Positions 7,972-15,677 of a stretch of 20,913 bases of DNA are shown here, one piece after another. The stretch lies in the IMG/VR virus record IMGVR_UViG_3300032053_000007. One strand, 5' to 3'. Made by a program: the position numbers and the translations under genes. The DNA comes from a virus. Lineage: Duplodnaviria; Heunggongvirae; Uroviricota; Caudoviricetes. The first letter of the stretch is position 1, and each line of letters starts with the position of its first letter. The notes below the pieces were generated by a model, which saw nothing but the letters and a program-made list of their open reading frames with translations, made no database searches and was not told the origin of the DNA.

Positions 7972-10254
7972 ATGCCTAAGAAAATAATGGATAGGTTAAA
8001 GGAATTTTTTGGTAAATCAGACGAAAGTTGGGATTGGGAGAACTTCCAATCAACTGAGAACTATCCAGTTTCACCTAATCTCATCGATTGGATTATCGGA
8101 CAAGAACATGCCATAACTGAATGCAAACTTTGTATTGATGAATGGGTAAACAAACTAGGTTGGTTGAACGAAAAGAAATGGTGGAAACCATTCGAGATAG
8201 TTGAGAAGCCAAAAAGGGAATTAGCTATAAAGTTTCGTGGTCACAAGATTCATCTGTTCAATTATGGAAAGAAGGAACTCGTCTTCAACCCTAAGCCTTT
8301 ACCGAAAGAAATGTTGCCCTCTGGACCTTTTCTGCTCATGTTAGGAGATGCTGGAACAGGTAAGAGTCTTTTGGGTCGCGCTATGCAGAGTTATATGACA
8401 GACCTTTATCAAAAGAAAGGGATAAAACTATACGATACATGCTCATGGTATAACAAGACTTTGCCTTGTCAACCTAGAATTTCAATTCACCCATCACCAG
8501 AAGGAACAAAGATAATCAAGAAAGCCGCTAAAATGGAAGCTAAGAAGGGCAGATTTGTAAAGTGGGGATTTAAAGCTATAATATTGCTTATGATGAGCAT
8601 AGGGATATTCATTCTAGGCTACATAGGAATTTCTGGACTTACCGATTGGTATTACAACGTAATTTGGACTATGTGGGGAGAGACAGTTCAAGAATTTTTC
8701 CACGGCAATTTCTTACAATATATGGTTCAAGGTTGCATAATGTCGAATATCCAACTTGTGATTTCTGGAATAATGGCATTGTCTATGGGTGGAATGCTTT
8801 ATATCTTTTCAAGATTTATGGGCGGAATGATAGGCGGAAATAAGAAAGGAGTAGGTGGGGCAGAAGCTACTCAAGCACCAAAATTGCTGATTGATAATTC
8901 AAGTGGAATTGCCCCCTTCATTGATGCTACAGGACACAGAAGCGCACAACTCTTCGGTTCAATAGCTTGGGACCCCTATCAGACAGGAGATTTGGGAACG
9001 CCCGAACACCAGAGAGTAACCGCTGGCGATGTTCACAGAGCACACTTAGGAATTCTCTACATAGACGAAATTAAGAATTTAATTGGCGATGAAGCTATAA
9101 CTTTGTTGACTGTTCTGGAAGATGGACAACTGCCAGTTGCTATGAGAGGCTCACTAAATGGCGGTGACACAGCGGCAATGGCTGTAGCAACAGAACCAAT
9201 TCCATGTATGAATTTCTTGATAGCCGCTGGAAATTTGGATAGTTTGCCACACATTCATTATGCTCTGTTAGACCGCATTCATGGCTACGGTAAAATGGTC
9301 TATATGTCGAACGATATGCCAAACATACCAGAGAATCGCCGAAAATATGTTCAATTTATTTCTCAAGAAGTCAAACGTTTTCATCTATTGCCTCTCAGTA
9401 GGGACGCTTGCATAGCGGTGATTGAGGAAGCAATTAGGAAAAGTGGAAAGAACAATACTATAACGTGTAAGTTTAGACCTATGATTGGCACGATAAAAAC
9501 TGCAAGTGTTCTGGCTCAGAATGAGGGGCTAAAGATAGTTGAAAGAAAACACGTTAATGATGCCTTAAATGAACATTGTAAGTCAATTGCTTTACAAGTT
9601 ATGGAGAAACAGATTGAAAACCATATTATATATAATACATTAATTGACCCAACAGAAGAACCAAAAGTAGGACAAATCCACGGTCTAGCTGTAAGCACAA
9701 TTAATGTAGAAGGAACAGATATGGTAGGTTCGGTTTTGACAATTCGAGCATCATGTTTGCAAAAAACTGGTCTAAAATCTCTTGGATACTTTACCGTTAC
9801 GGGCGTTGCAACAAAAGATTCATCTTATGTTCAACATTCAATAGCAAAAGTTCGGCATGTTATCCTTCAACTATATGGTATTGATGTGGAACAAGAATGC
9901 TATACACATGTTGACTTCGCTCAGGAACATGGCGTTGAAGGTCCTAGTGCTGGAATAACGATGACTCTGGCTCTAGCTTCGGTATTGCTTCAAAAGAAGA
10001 TACGACAGGATGTAGCGGTCACGGGCGAAATAAACATAGCAAATGGTGATTTGAAAGCGGGCGAATCTGGAATAGAAGTTACTTCTATTGGCGGCGCACA
10101 CGAGAAAATTTTAGCGGCTCAGAGAATGGGATTTAAGAAGGTTTGTATTCCTCAAAGAAACTATGAGAAAAACATTAATCCATCTGACTATACATTGAAA
10201 GTAGTTGGGTGTAAAACCATACAAGACTATATACGGGAGTGCTTTGAACCGTAA
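7972..10254 (+). CDS. lonB: Membrane-anchored ATP-dependent Lon protease (archaeal LonB architecture)
   Basis: LIDWIIGQEHA, Walker A GDAGTGKS (8344-8367), two hydrophobic segments (~8554-8640, ~8746-8835) inside the AAA+ domain, AGDVHRAHLGILYIDEI (Walker B), ALLDRI. Ser-Lys dyad in GPSAG (Ser 9946) and GGAHEK (Lys 10105). ATG 7972 is preferred over GTG 7966 because of the AGGTG RBS spacing. Confidence 0.95.
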   Translation: MPKKIMDRLKEFFGKSDESWDWENFQSTENYPVSPNLIDWIIGQEHAITECKLCIDEWVNKLGWLNEKKWWKPFEIVEKPKRELAIKFRGHKIHLFNYGKKELVFNPKPLPKEMLPSGPFLLMLGDAGTGKSLLGRAMQSYMTDLYQKKGIKLYDTCSWYNKTLPCQPRISIHPSPEGTKIIKKAAKMEAKKGRFVKWGFKAIILLMMSIGIFILGYIGISGLTDWYYNVIWTMWGETVQEFFHGNFLQYMVQGCIMSNIQLVISGIMALSMGGMLYIFSRFMGGMIGGNKKGVGGAEATQAPKLLIDNSSGIAPFIDATGHRSAQLFGSIAWDPYQTGDLGTPEHQRVTAGDVHRAHLGILYIDEIKNLIGDEAITLLTVLEDGQLPVAMRGSLNGGDTAAMAVATEPIPCMNFLIAAGNLDSLPHIHYALLDRIHGYGKMVYMSNDMPNIPENRRKYVQFISQEVKRFHLLPLSRDACIAVIEEAIRKSGKNNTITCKFRPMIGTIKTASVLAQNEGLKIVERKHVNDALNEHCKSIALQVMEKQIENHIIYNTLIDPTEEPKVGQIHGLAVSTINVEGTDMVGSVLTIRASCLQKTGLKSLGYFTVTGVATKDSSYVQHSIAKVRHVILQLYGIDVEQECYTHVDFAQEHGVEGPSAGITMTLALASVLLQKKIRQDVAVTGEINIANGDLKAGESGIEVTSIGGAHEKILAAQRMGFKKVCIPQRNYEKNINPSDYTLKVVGCKTIQDYIRECFEP

Positions 10255-10264
10255 CATTTAAATA
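10249..10264 (+). promoter_or_regulatory. BRE-TATA promoter of the glycan cluster, overlapping the lon stop codon (CCGTAA-CA-TTTAAATA)
   Basis: TATA starts 41 nt before ATG 10298. Confidence 0.75.
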
Positions 10265-10297
10265 CTTACTCACCTATATTCTTTATGATGTGGTATA

Positions 10298-10915
10298 ATG
10301 AAAGTGCTTGTAATAGACGCTCATCCAGATGATGGTGAATCTGCGGCTGGCGGCGCAATTGTAAGGCTTGTTCAAGAGGGTCATATGGTTACAGAAGTTT
10401 ATTTTGCACCATGTATGGAAGACCCGAAAAACAAAGGTCACATTCAGGACCACGAAGCCGTATGTAAAGCACTTGGAATATCAGAAATAATTTCGTTTCA
10501 ATATGCCCGCGATAGACTAGAGGAACACAAGCAAGATATAAGAAATCAACTCTGGGTTATCAGAGAAAAAATAATGCCCGATTTGGTGCTTTGTCCAACT
10601 GTTCATGATTTTCATCAGGACCACGTAACAATTGCGGAATGTTGTGTTACAATTTTTAGAGATACTTCAACGATTCTAGCCTACGAAGTTTTGCGAAGTT
10701 CAACACCAGATTTCAAACCAAACTATTTCATAATTCTTACAGAAGAGGATGTTAAAAGAAAGTTGGATGCATTAGACCTATATGTTGCACAGAAGAAAGC
10801 TAGACCTTATGCTACAAGTAGAGTAAAATATGAGTCTCATAATAGAATGCGTGGGGTTCAAGCAAAAACAGATTATGCAGAAGCCTTTGAACTTGTATGG
10901 GGTAGAATGAATTGA
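10298..10915 (+). CDS. PIG-L/LmbE-family N-acetyl-sugar deacetylase
   Basis: N-terminal VLVIDAHPDDGE(S)AAGG metal-binding motif and downstream DFHQDH motif; 205 aa. Confidence 0.9.
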   Translation: MKVLVIDAHPDDGESAAGGAIVRLVQEGHMVTEVYFAPCMEDPKNKGHIQDHEAVCKALGISEIISFQYARDRLEEHKQDIRNQLWVIREKIMPDLVLCPTVHDFHQDHVTIAECCVTIFRDTSTILAYEVLRSSTPDFKPNYFIILTEEDVKRKLDALDLYVAQKKARPYATSRVKYESHNRMRGVQAKTDYAEAFELVWGRMN

Positions 10916-11646
10916 CAGTAGTTCTAATAACGGGTGGAACTCAGGGTATAGGAAAAGCAACTGCTATGGCGTTCGCAAGACAGCAAGCAACTGTGATTCT
11001 TAACTATCATTCGAACGATTTAGAAGCGCAGAAAGCAGTAAATGAGATTTATGCCGCAACAAAGATTCATGTAGAAGTAATCAAGGCTGATGTCACAGAC
11101 GAAGCCCAAGTTACCCAAATGATTAATCAAGTTATTAAGTGGTTTGGGCAGATAGATATTCTCATAAATAATGTTGGAATCTTTAAGGATTCAGTCATTT
11201 GGAAAATGCCTAAAGAGGCTTGGGACTCAGTTGTGGACACAAATCTTACAAGTGCATTCCTGTGTACGAAATATGTTATTCCATATATGCGCGAAAAAAG
11301 GTTTGGGAGAATCATAAACATTTCATCAGTTGTCGGACAAACAGGTGCATTTGGCACAAGCAATTATGCGGCTTCAAAAGCTGGATTAATAGGATTCACA
11401 AAGGCAATAGCCAGAGAAGTTGCGCTTTTTGGTATAACAGTAAATTGTGTTGCACTTGGCTATATTGATATTGGAATGGGTCTAAGAATACCTGAAGAAA
11501 TTCATGAAAAAATCAGAACACAGATTCCGATGCAACGTTTCGGTACGGTAGAAGAAGTTGTTTCAACCATAACATTTATAAGTTCGAACAATGCTAGTTA
11601 TATAACAGGACAAGTAATTGCCGTGAACGGTGGATATTATCTATGA
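10912..11646 (+). CDS. Classical SDR, acetoacetyl-CoA / 3-oxoacyl reductase (PhaB/FabG-like)
   Basis: TGGTQGIG cofactor motif, NNVG, NISS, catalytic YAASK, VNCVALGYI. TTG start overlaps the upstream stop (TTGA). Confidence 0.9.
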   Translation: MTVVLITGGTQGIGKATAMAFARQQATVILNYHSNDLEAQKAVNEIYAATKIHVEVIKADVTDEAQVTQMINQVIKWFGQIDILINNVGIFKDSVIWKMPKEAWDSVVDTNLTSAFLCTKYVIPYMREKRFGRIINISSVVGQTGAFGTSNYAASKAGLIGFTKAIAREVALFGITVNCVALGYIDIGMGLRIPEEIHEKIRTQIPMQRFGTVEEVVSTITFISSNNASYITGQVIAVNGGYYL

Positions 11647-12608
11647 TAACGTGCTCTAAGTCAAACATTCATGAAACTGTTAAGATAGGCAATGATGTCA
11701 GGATTGTTTCTGATGACATAACGATTGGCGAAGGTACAGAGATTGGTAATGGTACTACAATCATTGCATATGAGAAACTTGTCATAGGAAAGTTTTGTAA
11801 AATTCGCCCAAATGCACAGTTCAAGGCGCGTTCAATCGAGATAGGAGATTTCTTCTACTCAGATGACCAGCCTCTTCCACTTATAATCGGTGGTGGCGGC
11901 TCAGAAAGACCAACAGCCAGAATCAAAATAGGTAAATGTTGTGTTATGCATGATAGTTTCATAAACGTGTTTATGCCTGTGACGATTGGCGACCACGTTG
12001 GATTGAGTCCAAGTTCCGCGATTTTAACACATGGTTGTTGGCAATCAGTAGTTAAAGGTTACGGAATGAAGATAGGTCCAGTAAAGATAGGTTCAGGCTC
12101 AATAATTGGCTACCGCGCAATAATTTTGCCAAACGTGACAATAGGCGATAATGCAAATGTAGGTGCTGGTGCAGTAGTTACGAAAGACGTTCCAGACGAC
12201 ACGATTGTTGGCGGTGTTCCAGCAAAAGTAATTATGGGTCCACCAAATCACCCGAAGAAACTTACTCAGAAAGAACAAGAAGATATGATTTGGCAAATTA
12301 TGATGCAATACGCCGAATTGCTTAAAGACAAACTTGACGATTTTTCTGTGGAAAGTAGTCCTGAGTTAATCACAATCAAAGGATTCTACAAAGAACCGTT
12401 CGAGATAAGATGCTCAGAATATATGATTGTGATAGAACAGGGAGACAAGTTTATGGCAATAGACGCAATTCATAATAGTTGGTCAGGAGAAGATAGCGAA
12501 ATTTGCGATGACTTGAGAGATTTCTTACGCCATTATGGAATACGAATTCTCTCAAGACATGTAGTTTCAATTAAGTCGAAAATAAGACGAAAATTGGAGA
12601 GTATGTAA
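11643..12608 (+). CDS. Hexapeptide-repeat (left-handed beta-helix) acyltransferase with a ~120-aa C-terminal extension
   Basis: Repeats such as ITIGEGTEIGNGTTI and VTIGDHVGLSP; LTHG; PVKIGSGSIIGYRAIILPNVTIGDNANVGAGAVVTKDVP...VGGVPAK. ATGA overlap with the upstream stop. Confidence 0.9.
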   Translation: MITCSKSNIHETVKIGNDVRIVSDDITIGEGTEIGNGTTIIAYEKLVIGKFCKIRPNAQFKARSIEIGDFFYSDDQPLPLIIGGGGSERPTARIKIGKCCVMHDSFINVFMPVTIGDHVGLSPSSAILTHGCWQSVVKGYGMKIGPVKIGSGSIIGYRAIILPNVTIGDNANVGAGAVVTKDVPDDTIVGGVPAKVIMGPPNHPKKLTQKEQEDMIWQIMMQYAELLKDKLDDFSVESSPELITIKGFYKEPFEIRCSEYMIVIEQGDKFMAIDAIHNSWSGEDSEICDDLRDFLRHYGIRILSRHVVSIKSKIRRKLESM

Positions 12609-14549
12609 ATGGAAGAAACCCAACAAAAATCTGAAACCCCTCAATTCGATAGAGAATGGGAGCGTTTACTTCATAAATTGGACTTCATCCAGAATGAGAC
12701 TGATATTTCAAAGTTTTTGCGCCCTAGAAAACTGGAACTCTCTGAGATAAAACCAATTATGATTATTCGTTCTCCCCGTGACCTTCCAGAAGTTCAGAAA
12801 TGCTTCGACAACCTAAAACAAGTTGACAAACTTTGGATAAAATACTACAATGATGTAGAGGCTCACAAAATTGCCATAGAATGGGTCGCACTTCACCCAG
12901 AGTACACACACATAATTCTCATATCCGATGATGTGTATGTTTCAGAAGACGCACTTAATCTTCTTCTTGATGACATTTGCACATATGACTTTCCAGCAAT
13001 TTCAGGTTGTTCAAATATGTGCGACACCTACAAGACAGGAAGGTTAATGTGTAGTTATTGCGAAAAACAAATAGAACATCCAATAATCAATGTCATTATT
13101 GAACCATTTCCATATTTGGACAAATTTGGCGTAAGAAGTAAGTGTGTCTATCTAGGTAGTATGCCTGAAAACTATGCATTCCTGTCATCCTCTTTTAGAG
13201 AGAAAAATCAGAAGATATTCCAATGTTTCTTTCAAGGACACTCTTTATGCGCTATACGAAGAGACATCTTTGAAAAGCACGGTTGCAAATCCTACATTAT
13301 GCCACACTATGACTCAGACGATTTTGCTTTTGCTGTAGATTTAGCAGAAGATTGTATTCCTCAATTTGCTGACTTGAGAGTTTATATTCCTCATGATGCA
13401 AGATTCCACAAGAATTTATTTGTTGGAGTGAAAGAACCAATTCTTATATTCGAACCGATAGAAGAAAAAAAACAAATAGTAGGTGGTGCTTTGAGCGGAA
13501 TAAAGTGTTTGACATATGTTCCAATTTTGGTTTGTACTCCCTTCAATAATGAAGAGCAATCGATAGACTTATACATCCAAAGTTTACTCAATATTGACTA
13601 TCCAAAAGAAATGATTGATTTAGTCTGGGTCGAAAATGACAGCGTTGACAATACATGGGGAATGCTTCAGAAATACGAGAAGAAAATCAAAAATAAATAC
13701 AACTATCATTCGTTTACACTTGTCAGGCAAGATTACGGATTGAAGAAATTCGGAAAATCTACTGTATCCGACTATATTAATAATAGGGCTGGAAAAAATA
13801 AAGTACAAACTATGACAGATAAAATCGAAAGAGGGAAACGATTATGTAAAGTTTATCATTATTTCTTTGACCAACTGAAACCAGAACACAAGTATATTAT
13901 GTTTCTTTTCGCAGACGTGGTTGTTCCAATACAAACAATCAGGCGGTATCTCGAAGTTTTCAGAGACTATCCTGACGCGGGTTGGGTTGGTGCTGTTCAT
14001 CACAGACGATTCCCACTTCATATGCGTTCAAGACCTGATTCTCCAATTGATGGTTATGGTATTGCTGGTCCTCTGAAAAGAATTGATAGTAAACCATTTG
14101 TCGCTTACGTTGATGATAACTGGATACTTGACAAACAAATGCACGGACAAGTGGTTTTTGAAGTTGGAATGACAGGTCACGTTTGGATGATGAAGCCAGA
14201 AATTTACACAAAAGGTGGAAGAACTGGCATAAACAACGTTGAAATCATTATGCCTTTGATTGAAAAAGTCTGGGAAATGGGATTAAAGGTCTATTGTGCC
14301 AGCGACATTTATCTTCAACATATTTCACTTGATGGAAAAATCTACCGAAGAAATCTTTTTGAAGAACTTGAATGTCACGCTAATCTTCTAAAAGATGAGA
14401 AGAAACAAAGTGAAGAACTAAATCGTATTAAACTTCTAAAAGATGAGAAGAAACAAAGTGAAACACCATGTCCTATTAAACTTCCAGATGATGGGAAGAA
14501 ACAAGGTGAGGTACACAAAAAAGAATCATGTCAAGGACCTCATCCGTAG
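12609..14549 (+). CDS. Two-domain GT-A-fold (GT2-like) glycosyltransferase with a repetitive charged tail
   Basis: Domain 1: YTHIILISDD, LCAIRRDIF, SDDFAFAVDL, ADLRVYIPH. Domain 2: ILVCTPFNNEEQSI...IDYPK...VWVENDSVDNT, YIMFLFADVVV, GLKVYCASDIYLQH. Starts immediately after the upstream stop. Confidence 0.75.
   Translation: MEETQQKSETPQFDREWERLLHKLDFIQNETDISKFLRPRKLELSEIKPIMIIRSPRDLPEVQKCFDNLKQVDKLWIKYYNDVEAHKIAIEWVALHPEYTHIILISDDVYVSEDALNLLLDDICTYDFPAISGCSNMCDTYKTGRLMCSYCEKQIEHPIINVIIEPFPYLDKFGVRSKCVYLGSMPENYAFLSSSFREKNQKIFQCFFQGHSLCAIRRDIFEKHGCKSYIMPHYDSDDFAFAVDLAEDCIPQFADLRVYIPHDARFHKNLFVGVKEPILIFEPIEEKKQIVGGALSGIKCLTYVPILVCTPFNNEEQSIDLYIQSLLNIDYPKEMIDLVWVENDSVDNTWGMLQKYEKKIKNKYNYHSFTLVRQDYGLKKFGKSTVSDYINNRAGKNKVQTMTDKIERGKRLCKVYHYFFDQLKPEHKYIMFLFADVVVPIQTIRRYLEVFRDYPDAGWVGAVHHRRFPLHMRSRPDSPIDGYGIAGPLKRIDSKPFVAYVDDNWILDKQMHGQVVFEVGMTGHVWMMKPEIYTKGGRTGINNVEIIMPLIEKVWEMGLKVYCASDIYLQHISLDGKIYRRNLFEELECHANLLKDEKKQSEELNRIKLLKDEKKQSETPCPIKLPDDGKKQGEVHKKESCQGPHP
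14385..14510 (+). repeat. Three in-frame units at 48-nt period; 30-nt core CTTCTAAAAGATGAGAAGAAACAAAGTGAA
   Basis: Identical cores at 14385-14414 and 14433-14462; third core at 14481-14510 matches 24/30. Encodes LLKDEKKQSE twice and LPDDGKKQGE. Confidence 0.9.
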
Positions 14550-14579
14550 ATGAATATTATAGGTATAAGGTGATAAAAA

Positions 14580-15677
14580 ATGAAAAAAACCTTAACAAGA
14601 AAAGATATAGACATAGCAAAACTAAACTACTATCTGAAAAATATTATGCGACTTCTAAATCCACCAATGGGAATTATTCCACCAGCAATCACGGAATACA
14701 ATACATATGCTCACACAATCAACAAACCAATACCATATAATTCTACCAGCGACTATGCTGGAAAATACATGGATATGATTCGTTTAGCCGTTTTAAGAAG
14801 TCTTAATGAGTGGAATCCAAACCATGAAGTTGATAGAGTAGGAATATTCCTCTCAGGCGGAATAGATTCAGCACTACTCTTGAAATTCACCGCTGACATT
14901 TTAGGACCAGACCACGTTAGAGGCTACAATATGACTTGGGGTGAAGACAAAGACGAAACAGAATACGCTAAAGCCGTCTGCGATGCCACAGGGGTAAAAT
15001 TGATTCAGAGATTTATGCCATATGAAGAAGTTCCAAAACTGATAAAGGAATCTTGTCAACTGATGCGAGCACCTTCATGGTGTCCACAAGTGCTTTTCAT
15101 TGCAAAGGTTCTCGAAGAGGACGGCACAAACAAAGCGTTCATAGGTCTAGGTCTTGATGCAATAACAGGTGGAGAAACAAATCTCTGGGCAGTTCAACAT
15201 GATGTTGTAAAATTCGAAGCAGAAGAAACCAAAACACTTAACTTACAAAGAGATTACATTTGGGGTAATGTCTATCATTGTCACGGTAGAGTTGATTTGA
15301 AAATTCCATATTTGAAACACCCAGACATAGTAGCATGGATGCGTAGTCTTCCAATATGCCACAAAGTTGAGGGACCAATAACAAAATTGCGGATTCGAAA
15401 AGAAATAGAACAGTTCGGCATATTGCCAGCAATTAACAGGGATTATGGTAAGATGGTTGGTACAAAAAGAGGATTCGGTCCTAACTGGGAAACATATTTC
15501 CAGCACGGTTACAGAAAATTTGCACATGAACATGACCCAGCACTCAAAGATTTTAACATGGAACGATTTGAAACATATAAGAAGTGGAAGACAAGTTTCT
15601 GGTATGAATTAACCTACTCTTCGCTATACTTTTTCCTAGAACTATTAGATGAAGGGGCATTCACAGTTGAAGAATGA
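14580..15677 (+). CDS. Asparagine-synthetase-like ATP-dependent amide ligase (synthetase domain only)
   Basis: PP-loop FLSGGIDS (SGGIDS 14853-14870); KIPYL.HP.IVAWMRSLP..HK...TK..IR and KRGF motifs of the Asn_synthase C-terminal domain. No N-terminal Cys/Ntn glutaminase domain. AGGTGA RBS at 14568-14573. Confidence 0.8.
   Translation: MKKTLTRKDIDIAKLNYYLKNIMRLLNPPMGIIPPAITEYNTYAHTINKPIPYNSTSDYAGKYMDMIRLAVLRSLNEWNPNHEVDRVGIFLSGGIDSALLLKFTADILGPDHVRGYNMTWGEDKDETEYAKAVCDATGVKLIQRFMPYEEVPKLIKESCQLMRAPSWCPQVLFIAKVLEEDGTNKAFIGLGLDAITGGETNLWAVQHDVVKFEAEETKTLNLQRDYIWGNVYHCHGRVDLKIPYLKHPDIVAWMRSLPICHKVEGPITKLRIRKEIEQFGILPAINRDYGKMVGTKRGFGPNWETYFQHGYRKFAHEHDPALKDFNMERFETYKKWKTSFWYELTYSSLYFFLELLDEGAFTVEE

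Noticed and set aside
5931-10254. Inteins in MCM or Lon, both common intein hosts
   Set aside because: Motif spacing is continuous, and no Cys/Ser...His-Asn splice junctions or LAGLIDADG motifs were seen.
14385-14510. 30-nt direct repeats separated by 18 nt, superficially a mini-CRISPR array
   Set aside because: In frame inside a GT gene with a 48-nt (16-aa) period; spacers too short, repeat not palindromic, no cas genes.
14433-14510. Third repeat copy differs mostly at adenines (5 of 6 mismatches), reminiscent of a DGR template/variable repeat pair
   Set aside because: Only 30 nt in a very A-rich tract, tandemly adjacent, and no reverse transcriptase in the window; ordinary divergence explains it.
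14544-14559. Possible sixth promoter copy (CCGTAG-AT-GAATATTA) at the PHP* end of the double GT
   Set aside because: Poor TATA match and only 28 nt to the next ATG versus 40-43 for the others; only the RBS is supported.
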